24,000 nucleotides of DNA from Bacillus sp. FJAT-29790 (GCF_019039215.1 NZ_JAHNZZ010000001.1:2082341-2106340); one strand, 5' to 3'. Counted from the first letter of the stretch, positions 8,068 to 15,625 are shown. The notes: generated from the sequence alone by a model not told the origin. Translations and numbers: made by a program.

Positions 8068-9618
8068 TTACAACGGAATATTACCGTGCTTCTTTTTTGG
8101 GCGCGTTTCCTTTTTGTTCCTTAACATTTCGAGTGACTGGATGATCTTTATTCTTGTTTCACGCGGATCAATCACATCGTCGACCATTCCCCTGCTCGCT
8201 GCCACATACGGGTTCGCGAATTTTTCGCGATATTCTTCGATTTTCTGGGCTCTTGTCGCTTCCGGATCCTCGCTATTTTGGATTTCTCTTGCGAAAATAA
8301 TATTCGCTGCCCCTTGTGGTCCCATCACCGCTACCTCTGCATTTGGCCAGGCAAACACAAGGTCGGCGCCAATCGATTTACTGTTTAAGGCTACATACGC
8401 ACCTCCGAATGCTTTTCTTAAAATAACCGTAAGCTTCGGAACTGTCGCTTCTGAATACGCATACAATATTTTCGCCCCATGACGGATAATCCCGCCATGC
8501 TCTTGTTTAACACCAGGGAAGAATCCTGTTACATCCTCAAACGTAATCAGCGGAATATTGAAAGAGTCACAAAAACGAATAAACCTTGCCGCTTTATCGG
8601 ATGAATCAATATCAAGGCCACCCGCCATAAATTTCGGCTGATTACAAACAAGGCCAACGACTTCACCTTTGATTCTCGCTAAACCGACAACGATGTTTTT
8701 GGCAAAATCCTGCTGAACTTCCATAAAGGAGTCAGCATCTACAACCTGTTCAATCACTTTACGAACATCATAAGGACGAACTGCATCAAATGGAATGACA
8801 TCCGTTAAATCCGGACGATAATCATCATCCTCGTTAAGCTGAATAAACGGAGGTTTCTCCTCATTGTTTTGCGGCAGGAAGCTAAGTAGTCTACGAACCT
8901 GTCTGATCACTTCTTCCTCCGACTCCCCCTTAAAATGTGCATTTCCACTAATCGTATTATGTACTCTTGCACCGCCTAAGTCTTCAGGGGATATTTGTTC
9001 CCCCGTTACTGTTTCAATCACTTTCGGACCCGTAATAAACATTTGGCTCGTTTTCTCAACCATGAACACAAAATCCGTAATTGCCGGAGAATAAACTGCT
9101 CCGCCCGCACAAGGCCCCATGATTACAGAAATTTGCGGAATCACACCTGAATAAATCGAATTCCGGTAAAAAATATGCCCATAGCCATCAAGTGAGACAA
9201 CACCCTCTTGAATTCTTGCTCCACCTGAATCATTCAAACCGACAAACGGTGCTCCATTAGAAGCTGCTAAATCCATCACATTCGCAATTTTCTTCGCGTG
9301 CATTTCGCCAAGGGCGCCCCCAAACACGGTGAAATCCTGGGAAAATAAAAAAATCGGCCTTCCATTCACTTTTCCATAACCAGTCACAACTCCGTCGCCT
9401 GGTCCTTTTTGCCCTTCAAGTCCAAAGTCCGTGCAGCGATGTTCAATAAAAGGATTTAACTCAACGAAAGTGCCAGGATCGATTAATAACTCAATCCTTT
9501 CTCTTGCCGTCAGCTTCCCTTTTTCATGCTGCTTTTCTATTCGTTCATCGCCTCCGCCCATTTCGATCTCCCTGCGGCGATCATATAATTCATTTATCTT
9601 TTCGTAAATGTCTGCCAT
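8068..9618 (-). CDS. yqjD: Acyl-CoA carboxylase carboxyltransferase (beta) subunit, propionyl-CoA carboxylase beta / methylmalonyl-CoA carboxyltransferase type
   Basis: The 516-aa protein is a carboxyl-transferase fold throughout (DSGGARIQEG, GPCAGGAVYSPA). Its position after the epimerase gene matches B. subtilis yqjD. Confidence 0.9.
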   Translation of the reverse strand: MADIYEKINELYDRRREIEMGGGDERIEKQHEKGKLTARERIELLIDPGTFVELNPFIEHRCTDFGLEGQKGPGDGVVTGYGKVNGRPIFLFSQDFTVFGGALGEMHAKKIANVMDLAASNGAPFVGLNDSGGARIQEGVVSLDGYGHIFYRNSIYSGVIPQISVIMGPCAGGAVYSPAITDFVFMVEKTSQMFITGPKVIETVTGEQISPEDLGGARVHNTISGNAHFKGESEEEVIRQVRRLLSFLPQNNEEKPPFIQLNEDDDYRPDLTDVIPFDAVRPYDVRKVIEQVVDADSFMEVQQDFAKNIVVGLARIKGEVVGLVCNQPKFMAGGLDIDSSDKAARFIRFCDSFNIPLITFEDVTGFFPGVKQEHGGIIRHGAKILYAYSEATVPKLTVILRKAFGGAYVALNSKSIGADLVFAWPNAEVAVMGPQGAANIIFAREIQNSEDPEATRAQKIEEYREKFANPYVAASRGMVDDVIDPRETRIKIIQSLEMLRNKKETRPKKKHGNIPL

Positions 9619-9622
9619 ATTC

Positions 9623-10033
9623 TTATTTCAATCCTTTCTTTTCGCAAAATTCATATAGGACGCTTCCTGTAGATTTTGGGTGCATGAAAGCAACTTGCGC
9701 TCCTCCAGCCCCCGCTTTTGGCATCTCATTAAGCATTCGGATTCCTTTTTCTTTCATTTCATTGATCCGCTCTTGGATTGAATCCACTCCTAATGCTACA
9801 TGGTGAATGCCTTCGCCGCGTTTTTCAATATACTTAGCAATTGGGCTCTCAGAACTTGTCGGTTCTAGTAACTCAAGCTTCGTTTCTCCGGCTTTCAGAA
9901 ACGCAACCTTCACCTTTTCACTATCGACTTCTTCGATTCCAAGAAGCGGAAGTCGAAGTATTTCTGTGTAAAATGGCAGAGCCTCTTCTAGTGAACGGAC
10001 GGCAATTCCAATATGGTCTACTTTTTTAATCAA
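9623..10033 (-). CDS. mce: Methylmalonyl-CoA epimerase (VOC/glyoxalase fold)
   Basis: The 136-aa protein has VDHIGIAV near the N-terminus and GIHHVALGV mid-protein. It sits 4 nt upstream of the carboxyltransferase gene and matches B. subtilis yqjC. It uses a TTG start preceded by AGGGGGGAA. Confidence 0.85.
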   Translation of the reverse strand: MIKKVDHIGIAVRSLEEALPFYTEILRLPLLGIEEVDSEKVKVAFLKAGETKLELLEPTSSESPIAKYIEKRGEGIHHVALGVDSIQERINEMKEKGIRMLNEMPKAGAGGAQVAFMHPKSTGSVLYEFCEKKGLK

Positions 10034-10209
10034 GCCTGTTCCCCCCTGCTCGAATTACGATTTATGAATAACTGTTTACGTAAACTTTGTTGCTATTTAA
10101 ACAAAATAAGGTACAGTTGATTTCCGCTCCAATCAACTAAAAAAGTATTAAAAAACGAATACTTTAACTATTCGCTAATTATGTCGAAAATCCTTTTAAA
10201 ATCGAGCGG

Positions 10210-10238
10210 TTGTTCAATTTGAATTTTCTTAGTAAAAT
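10210..10238 (+). promoter_or_regulatory. Possible sigma-A promoter for the small + strand ORF
   Basis: TTGTTC (10210-10215), a 17-nt spacer, then TAAAAT (10233-10238). Confidence 0.45.
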
Positions 10239-10275
10239 GGATGTAAGAGAATGATGTTTATGAGGAGGAATGAAA

Positions 10276-10371
10276 TTGTCTAATAGAAAAGCAAGAAAGA
10301 TTATTGTTTATTTAATGATATTTGCCATGCTTGCATCAACACTCTTAGTAGGAGCAGCCATGTTTTTTTAA
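10276..10371 (+). CDS. Small hydrophobic peptide, 31 aa, basic N-terminus plus one predicted TM helix
   Basis: A GAGGAGG SD (10262-10268) lies 7 nt before a TTG start. The peptide is M/L-SNRKARKIIVYLMIFAMLASTLLVGAAMFF. It has a candidate promoter upstream and a hairpin with T-run downstream (10452-10483). An in-frame ATG at 10270 is too close to the SD. The ORF is below the track's size cutoff. Confidence 0.5.
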   Translation: MSNRKARKIIVYLMIFAMLASTLLVGAAMFF

Positions 10372-10448
10372 TAGATTATTAAGAAGAGCGCAAGGAGCCT
10401 AAAGCTAGACAGTTCACTGTCTTAAAAAAAGTTATACTTTCTACCCAT

Positions 10449-10483
10449 TGAAAAAGGGCTGTATCTCCTACAGTCCCCTTTTT
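10449..10483 (-). terminator. Terminator after the L,D-transpeptidase gene, possibly bidirectional
   Basis: The minus strand reads GGGGACTGTA-GGAGA-TACAGCCC followed by TTTTT, directly after the stop codon. On the + strand the same stem is followed by TTTTTT, so it could also end the small ORF transcript. Confidence 0.7.
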
Positions 10484-10996
10484 TCATTTAATTGCACCGT
10501 ATTCTTTTCCCAGCTTCTCATAACTCTCCGCAGAAGTAACGACTAATATTTTCGTGCCGATCGGAACTAAATCATATAAGGATTCAACCGCTTCATTTTG
10601 TAATCGAATACAGCCTTGGGATATATATTTTCCGATGGAAGCCGGATCGTTTGTGCCATGAATCCCATATGTCCTTCCATCTGTCTCTGCAGCGTCAAAT
10701 CCAATCCATCTTGACCCTAATGGATTATTAGGAGCTCCGCCCACGATATCTTTTTTCCGGTAATAAGGTTTCACTGCTTTCACAGTGATTGTAAAAAACC
10801 CTTCAGGTGTTAAATCCTCAGTCTTCCCAGTTGCGGCTGTAATGACAGTTTGCACCTTGTTATCATTAATAAATGCTACTTCATTCGTCTTTTTATTGAC
10901 AATCACAAAAGGATCCCCAGGCGTTGGATTTAGACCTAGGGGCCAGATGGGCGAGAGAACAAAAGTAATCAACATAGCGGAAACGAACTTAAGCAT
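10484..10996 (-). CDS. yqjB: L,D-transpeptidase (YkuD domain) with N-terminal signal/anchor
   Basis: It has the catalytic motif YGIHGT...SQGCIRL and a hydrophobic N-terminus. Its position matches B. subtilis yqjB. Confidence 0.85.
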   Translation of the reverse strand: MLKFVSAMLITFVLSPIWPLGLNPTPGDPFVIVNKKTNEVAFINDNKVQTVITAATGKTEDLTPEGFFTITVKAVKPYYRKKDIVGGAPNNPLGSRWIGFDAAETDGRTYGIHGTNDPASIGKYISQGCIRLQNEAVESLYDLVPIGTKILVVTSAESYEKLGKEYGAIK

Positions 10997-11039
10997 GCAA
11001 ACACCTGCCTTGTTCTTTTCCTTAGTTTATCCCGCATTA

Positions 11040-11273
11040 ACGGGCAGTATCCCCCACTTCAAGGAATCCAATAAGCTGAAGTAGGGGGACTGCCCGTAAA
11101 AGCCCGCCTTAGGAACACAGACTAAAAACGCCACGTCCTCGAAAAAGAAGAGCACTTTTTCTTCGTGCGATGATTATGCTGACGAAGCTTTCCTTATCCT
11201 GTGGCAACGTCTGCGTGACCCACTTCCTGTGGGCCGCAACTAACCATCAGTGGAAAAGATCAACCCCTGATGG
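11040..11273. other. GC-rich, multi-hairpin intergenic element (candidate structured RNA, strand unresolved)
   Basis: By hand count, 11041-11280 is 122/240 G+C (about 51%), against about 13% at 14881-14940. It contains a 19-bp interrupted hairpin (11040-11097). Two hairpins (11140-11165 and 11161-11187) are mutually exclusive because they share CTTCG. A further hairpin lies at 11213-11237 and another at 11244-11273. Confidence 0.5.
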
Positions 11274-11278
11274 AAGGT

Positions 11279-12274
11279 TCACCTTAACCGAGCTCCTCCC
11301 GAATGATTCACATTCTTCCCTTTATTTAGCCCTTGAAAAGAGCTTTTAATTAATAAGTACTGCTCCATTTCTTTTACAAATTGAAAAAGGGCAGCACGAG
11401 CTTCAAATTCCTCGCGGGTTTTTGGCAAATCCATTTCAACAAACGAATCCCTCATTGTATTCAGCTTCTTTAAAAACTGGATTGCTGTATTTCCCGGATG
11501 GATATTTTCTGACAATTCCTCAATGAAATCAGCAATCATCTCACTTTGGTCGACCGTATGGGTAACAGAAGTGACGATTGGCATGACCCGTTCAATAATC
11601 TCGAATTGTTTTTCCCTCATTTTAAAATATTGATAATATAAATTTTCTTCACGCAAAAAGTGATTTTCCACATCTCGATATGCTAACGTTTCGGCCTCGT
11701 TGATTAATTGTATCGTTTCTGTTATTTCCATTCCATCCCAATTACTTTCATTCATCCGTAAATAAATCACAATCTCATCAAAAATACGCTTAAAATTTTC
11801 CTCGATTTCTATTTGATATTCCTCCAGCCTGCGATCAAGGCTCGGCATATAAAGATTCGCCATAAGGGCAACTCCAATACCAATAATAATTATGCCCAAT
11901 TCATTAAGAAGCAGCTCGCTTGTCACATGACCCGCTGAGTAAATATGCAGAATGATGACGGTGCTGCTGACAATTCCGTCACTCACTTTAAGCATGACAG
12001 CTGTTGGAATAAACAATAATAATAGCAAACCAATCATTAAAGGATGGTACGAAATACCTTCAAATAAGATGGCTGAAAAGGCCATTGCTATTAAACAAGC
12101 GAAAAATCGAGCCCAGGAGATCTGTAGTGATTTTTTTTTCGTAGCTTGTATGCAAAGGATTGTAATAATACCTGCCGAAACATAATTCTCAAATCCAAGT
12201 ATTTGTGCAAAAATAATAGCTGCTGGCGTTCCAATTGCTGTTTTAATCGTTCTGTAGCCTATTCGAAACTTCAT
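11279..12274 (-). CDS. yqjA: Aromatic acid exporter (ArAE/FUSC-like) family membrane protein, YqjA-like
   Basis: The N-terminal half has about 5 TM segments (RTIKTAIGTPAAIIFAQ...). The C-terminal half is a soluble helical domain. Size and position match B. subtilis yqjA. Confidence 0.75.
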   Translation of the reverse strand: MKFRIGYRTIKTAIGTPAAIIFAQILGFENYVSAGIITILCIQATKKKSLQISWARFFACLIAMAFSAILFEGISYHPLMIGLLLLLFIPTAVMLKVSDGIVSSTVIILHIYSAGHVTSELLLNELGIIIIGIGVALMANLYMPSLDRRLEEYQIEIEENFKRIFDEIVIYLRMNESNWDGMEITETIQLINEAETLAYRDVENHFLREENLYYQYFKMREKQFEIIERVMPIVTSVTHTVDQSEMIADFIEELSENIHPGNTAIQFLKKLNTMRDSFVEMDLPKTREEFEARAALFQFVKEMEQYLLIKSSFQGLNKGKNVNHSGGARLR

Positions 12275-12363
12275 CTGATAATATCCCCTATAAAGTCCAA
12301 TTGTGGTAGATTCTCAATCAAATTCGCCTTGGCGTATTTACGCCCAGATTTTTACCTTAGCTT

Positions 12364-12506
12364 GCTCAATAAATTCCTTAAAAAATCGAAAGGCTCGCCG
12401 GAGGCTTAACTTTATTCAGCGGGAGTTTGCCCTCCCTCTAAATTGGATACCTATTTGCATTCATCTCGCCACTTATATCGTTTAGAGACTTCTGCTGAAT
12501 AAAGTT
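12364..12506 (-). promoter_or_regulatory. Candidate structured leader upstream of the yqjA-like gene
   Basis: A perfect 13-bp helix (12494-12506 with 12408-12420) encloses a 7-bp helix (12481-12487 with 12436-12442) and the hairpin GGGAG-GGCAAA-CUCCC (12421-12436). It is followed by a weak hairpin plus U6 (12380-12406) and a third copy of the helix arm (12364-12375). Confidence 0.4.
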
Positions 12507-12518
12507 GAAATTATCTCC

Positions 12519-12556
12519 AAAAAAAGAGAAGATGATCAAATTTGATCATCTTCTTC
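12519..12556 (-). terminator. Rho-independent terminator after the ABC ATPase gene
   Basis: The minus strand reads GAAGAAGATGATCAAATTTGATCATCTTCTC followed by TTTTTTT. Confidence 0.8.
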
Positions 12557-12571
12557 AATAGATTATACTTT

Positions 12572-13294
12572 TTAGAGCATTTTTTGCAAGAAATCCTTCG
12601 CACGATCAGAAGAAGGGTTCGTAAAAAATTCTTTTGGTGGAGCATCCTCCACAAGCACGCCACCATCCAAAAAGAGCACACGATCAGCAACCTCTCTCGC
12701 AAAACCCATCTCATGGGTGACAATTGCCATCGTCATCCCGGTATGTGCGAGTGATTTCATTACATCTAATACTTCCTTTACCATCTCCGGATCAAGCGCG
12801 GATGTAGGTTCATCAAACAACATGACATCGGGCTGCATGGCAAGTGCACGAGCAATCGCGACACGCTGTTTTTGCCCTCCTGATAACCGGTTCGGATATT
12901 CGTTGGCTTTAGAAGATAAGCCGACTTTTCCTAACAGTTCAAGGCCTGTCTTCTCTGCTTCCTGTTTCGACAAGCCCTTCACCTTCATTGGTGCATAAGT
13001 TAAGTTTTGCAGAACTGTCTTATGGGGAAATAAGTGGAAATGCTGAAATACCATCCCAACTTTCTGACGCACCTTCATAATATTTGTTTTCTTATCTGTA
13101 ATATCTTGGTCATTGATTAAGATATGTCCACTTGATGGCACTTCTAGCAAATTGATGCAGCGAAGAAAAGTAGATTTTCCCGATCCTGATGGACCAATAA
13201 TTGCAACAACTTCCCCATTTTTGATCGACGTCGATATTCCTTTCAAGACTTCGAGCTTCCCATACGTTTTATGCAAATTTTCTACCTTAATCAC
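12572..13294 (-). CDS. artR: Polar amino acid ABC transporter ATP-binding protein (B. subtilis ArtR/YqiZ-like)
   Basis: It has Walker [10 protein letters not shown], the signature LSGGQKQRV and Walker [12 protein letters not shown]. At 240 aa it has the length I recall for YqiZ. It overlaps the permease gene by 8 nt. Arginine specificity is inferred from synteny only. Confidence 0.88.
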   Translation of the reverse strand: MIKVENLHKTYGKLEVLKGISTSIKNGEVVAIIGPSGSGKSTFLRCINLLEVPSSGHILINDQDITDKKTNIMKVRQKVGMVFQHFHLFPHKTVLQNLTYAPMKVKGLSKQEAEKTGLELLGKVGLSSKANEYPNRLSGGQKQRVAIARALAMQPDVMLFDEPTSALDPEMVKEVLDVMKSLAHTGMTMAIVTHEMGFAREVADRVLFLDGGVLVEDAPPKEFFTNPSSDRAKDFLQKML

Positions 13295-13946
13295 TGCGTC
13301 TCATTCTCCTCTCGACCGCTTTACCAAGGAATGTTAATGTAATGACCATTAAGTAATAAATAAGTCCTGCTAATAGTAATGGTTCAATGAAACGGAACTT
13401 GTCCGCTCCGACCTGATAGGCTCTGCGCATAATATCCATAACTCCGATTGTTGTCACAATCGCAGATTCCTTTGTCAGCGTTATAAACTCATTCATTAAG
13501 GCTGGCAAAATATTTTTCAATGCCTGTGGCAGAATGATATTTAGCATCATCGGCCGATATGGAACGCCAAGCGCCATTGCTGCTTCACTCTGGCCCTTAT
13601 CAACAGCCAGAATCCCCGCACGAATAATTTCAGAAATATAAGCAGAAGAATTCAATCCGAATGCTAAAACAGCTGCCACATATGGCTCAATTTGGTACCC
13701 AAAGATTTGCGGGGAGCCAAAATAAATGATCATTAGCTGTAAAACCATAGGCGTACCCCTGAATATGGATGTATAAGCATCCGCAATCCATCCGAGGGCT
13801 TTAATCGAACTAATTTTAAATAAGGATAGAATAATTCCAAGTAAAAATCCTAATATCCCTGCCGCAAATACAATTTGGAGTGTCACACCAATTCCTTTTA
13901 ATATATAAGGCAGGGAAGGCATAATAGAAGAAAAATCAAAGTTCAT
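13287..13946 (-). CDS. artQ: Polar amino acid ABC transporter permease (ArtQ/YqiY-like)
   Basis: It is a HisM/GlnP-type permease with the EAA-loop region SEAAMALG. I chose the ATG at 13944-13946 (MNFDFSS..., 219 aa) rather than the upstream GTG, which has no SD. Confidence 0.85.
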   Translation of the reverse strand: MNFDFSSIMPSLPYILKGIGVTLQIVFAAGILGFLLGIILSLFKISSIKALGWIADAYTSIFRGTPMVLQLMIIYFGSPQIFGYQIEPYVAAVLAFGLNSSAYISEIIRAGILAVDKGQSEAAMALGVPYRPMMLNIILPQALKNILPALMNEFITLTKESAIVTTIGVMDIMRRAYQVGADKFRFIEPLLLAGLIYYLMVITLTFLGKAVERRMRRSD

Positions 13947-14041
13947 CCTGTAAACCAATCCTCTCACTATCGAATAAAGTGAAAACTTCCATTAGTTGGT
14001 TTGATATCTGTTAATCTGCGATAGAATCGTAAAGAGAAATA

Positions 14042-14069
14042 CGTTCAGAAAACAAAAGTCTTCTGAACG
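14042..14069 (-). other. Intercistronic hairpin between the binding-protein and permease genes
   Basis: A perfect 9-bp stem (CGTTCAGAA/TTCTGAACG) with a 10-nt loop. On the minus strand it is followed by UAUUUCUCUUU. Confidence 0.5.
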
Positions 14070-14077
14070 CTTCATCA

Positions 14078-14866
14078 TTATTTTCCTTCAAACCATTTAT
14101 TAATGATTTTCTCAACCTCGCCGTTATCTAACATTTCTTTCAATACTTTATTGAACTCCTCTGTAAGTTCACTGTTCTTCGGAAATGCGATGGCATAACC
14201 GCCATCAGCATCTTCAATTGTGAAGCCCTCTAGGTCAGAATCCTTTGCTAAATATCCATTTGCAACTGTATCTTCAATAAGCGCAGCATCAAAACGTCCT
14301 GCCTTAATCTCCTGAATCAATTCTGGAATCCGATTGCGGTTTTCAACCTTCATATCTACTTCTTCTGTTAAATCCTTCGCTTTTTCTTCCTGAATGGATC
14401 CTAATTGGACTCCGACTTTTTTCCCGCTAAGTTCTTCAACTGAAGTAATCCCGCTGTCTTTTTTAGAAACAATCATATGCTTTGAAGTATAGTAGATTTC
14501 ACTGAAGTCTACACTATTTTTTCTCTCATCAGTCGCAGACATAGCGGACATAACAAAATCAACCTGCCCGGATTGTAGCGCCTGAATTAAACCGCCAAAA
14601 TCCATATCACGTATGTCCAAATTATAACCCAGCTTTTCTGCTACAGCTTTTGCAATATCAATATCTAGCCCGATAATATCATCGCCTTTTGCTGTATCAA
14701 TGAATTCAAACGGCGAATAGTCAGCAGAAGTTCCCATTTTCAATGTTTTTTTCTCATTTGAATTATTTTCACCTGAACCATTGTTTTTATTGCTTGTACC
14801 ACACGCTGCCAGTAACCCAACTATTAAAACACTTACAACAAAATATGAGAATATTCTTTTCATCAA
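14078..14866 (-). CDS. artP: Amino acid ABC transporter substrate-binding lipoprotein (ArtP/YqiX-like)
   Basis: It has a signal peptide with the lipobox LLAAC, followed by a family-3 solute-binding fold. The start is either TTG (14866) or the adjacent ATG (14863), with GGAGGA 7 or 10 nt upstream. Confidence 0.88.
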   Translation of the reverse strand: MMKRIFSYFVVSVLIVGLLAACGTSNKNNGSGENNSNEKKTLKMGTSADYSPFEFIDTAKGDDIIGLDIDIAKAVAEKLGYNLDIRDMDFGGLIQALQSGQVDFVMSAMSATDERKNSVDFSEIYYTSKHMIVSKKDSGITSVEELSGKKVGVQLGSIQEEKAKDLTEEVDMKVENRNRIPELIQEIKAGRFDAALIEDTVANGYLAKDSDLEGFTIEDADGGYAIAFPKNSELTEEFNKVLKEMLDNGEVEKIINKWFEGK

Positions 14867-14988
14867 AATATTTTCCTCCTATAATTTTTCGAATATTAGT
14901 AATTTTCATAATTACAATTATATTATTATTGATCTTCTATCAATTTTCAAGTGTTTCAGTGAAAATTAATAGTTATTCTCTAAAATGT

Positions 14989-15016
14989 ATTTTAACACAC
15001 CTTCATATTTATGCAA
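14989..15016 (-). promoter_or_regulatory. Possible sigma-A promoter of the art operon
   Basis: On the minus strand, TTGCAT (15011-15016), a 16-nt spacer ending in TGT, then TAAAAT (14989-14994). This implies a leader of about 115 nt. Confidence 0.5.
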
Positions 15017-15072
15017 TAAAATCATTAAATATAAAATATATTATTATAATGTTTTATTATTCCGAAAAACAC

Positions 15073-15108
15073 AAAAAAAAATCCCGGATGTCCAAAACCG
15101 GGATTTTT
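15073..15108 (-). terminator. Terminator after brxB (bidirectional shape)
   Basis: The stem ATCCCGG/CCGGGAT is flanked by A8 on one side and T5 on the other. Confidence 0.75.
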
Positions 15109-15116
15109 CATATTCA

Positions 15117-15554
15117 TTAAAGATCTTCGCAAAATTGTTCAAATGCATTCTGAAGCTTTTGGACGACTGCCATTGGTTCGTGGCCTTCAATTTCATGCCG
15201 TTCAATCATCGTGCAAAGCTTGCCATCTTTCAACAGTGCAAAGGATGGAGAGGATGGCGGATATCCTGTGAAATAATTACGAGCTGTTGCTGTTGCTTCT
15301 TTATCCTGGCCGGCAAATACTGTAACTAAGTGGTCAGGGCGCTTATCATAGTGTAAGGAATGAACGGCAGCAGGACGGGCGATACCGCCGGCGCAGCCGC
15401 AAACAGAATTAATCATCACAAGCGTTGTTCCTTTTTGTTCAACAGCCTTTTCGACCTCTTCCGGTGTTTTTAATTCTGAATAGCCAGCAGACACCATTTC
15501 TTGGCGTGCCTGTGTAACAATATCATTCATAAATAAATTGAAATCCATATTCAT
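15117..15554 (-). CDS. brxB: Bacilliredoxin (YphP/YqiW family, DUF1094)
   Basis: It has the redox motif NSVCGCAGG. It is 145 aa from the ATG at 15552-15554, with GGGGAG 8 nt upstream. Its position matches B. subtilis yqiW. Confidence 0.85.
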   Translation of the reverse strand: MNMDFNLFMNDIVTQARQEMVSAGYSELKTPEEVEKAVEQKGTTLVMINSVCGCAGGIARPAAVHSLHYDKRPDHLVTVFAGQDKEATATARNYFTGYPPSSPSFALLKDGKLCTMIERHEIEGHEPMAVVQKLQNAFEQFCEDL

Positions 15555-15595
15555 CAAATTCGCTCCCCTACAAAAATTAGAATTGCTTTACATAC

Positions 15596-15625
15596 ATCAT
15601 ACCAATTGTAGCGTATTAATTTCAA
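15596..15625 (-). promoter_or_regulatory. Possible sigma-A promoter of brxB
   Basis: On the minus strand, TTGAAA (15620-15625), an 18-nt spacer ending in TGG, then TATGAT (15596-15601). Confidence 0.45.

Noticed and set aside
10074-10085. GTTTACGTAAAC considered as a cre site.
   Set aside because: It has the central CG but lacks the conserved AA at positions 5-6 of the 15-mer consensus. It is reported only as an unexplained palindrome.
11040-11273. The GC-rich element considered as a tRNA, a T-box, a small coding gene, or the Bacillaceae-1 motif.
   Set aside because: - **tRNA or T-box:** there is no T-loop (GGTTCGAATCC-like) and no T-box sequence (GGGTGGTACCGCG-like).
- **Coding:** the longest frames (about 59 aa on the + strand from 11170, and about 45 aa on the minus strand) lack SD sequences or a start codon.
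- **Bacillaceae-1:** the UCCU-containing loops on the + strand recall my vague memory of this motif, but I cannot verify the consensus. No family call is made.
12380-12436. Similarity of AGGGCAAAC and AAGCCUCCGG in the yqjA leader to conserved segments of class I c-di-GMP riboswitches.
   Set aside because: Only two short strings match. The hairpin expected after GGGCAAAC(C) and the tetraloop-receptor architecture are not present. This needs a covariance-model scan before any such call.
12146-12485. Two + strand ORFs (12146-12409 and 12303-12485) across the yqjA start and leader.
   Set aside because: They are antisense to yqjA and its structured leader, have no SD, and show no motifs.
14743-15329. 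Several + strand ORFs (14743-15120, 14781-14969, 14985-15329) in the very AT-rich art promoter region.
   Set aside because: Their composition is driven by AT richness (Ile/Phe/Tyr/Asn/Lys-rich). They lack SD sequences, overlap the terminator and promoter signals, and run antisense to artP and brxB.
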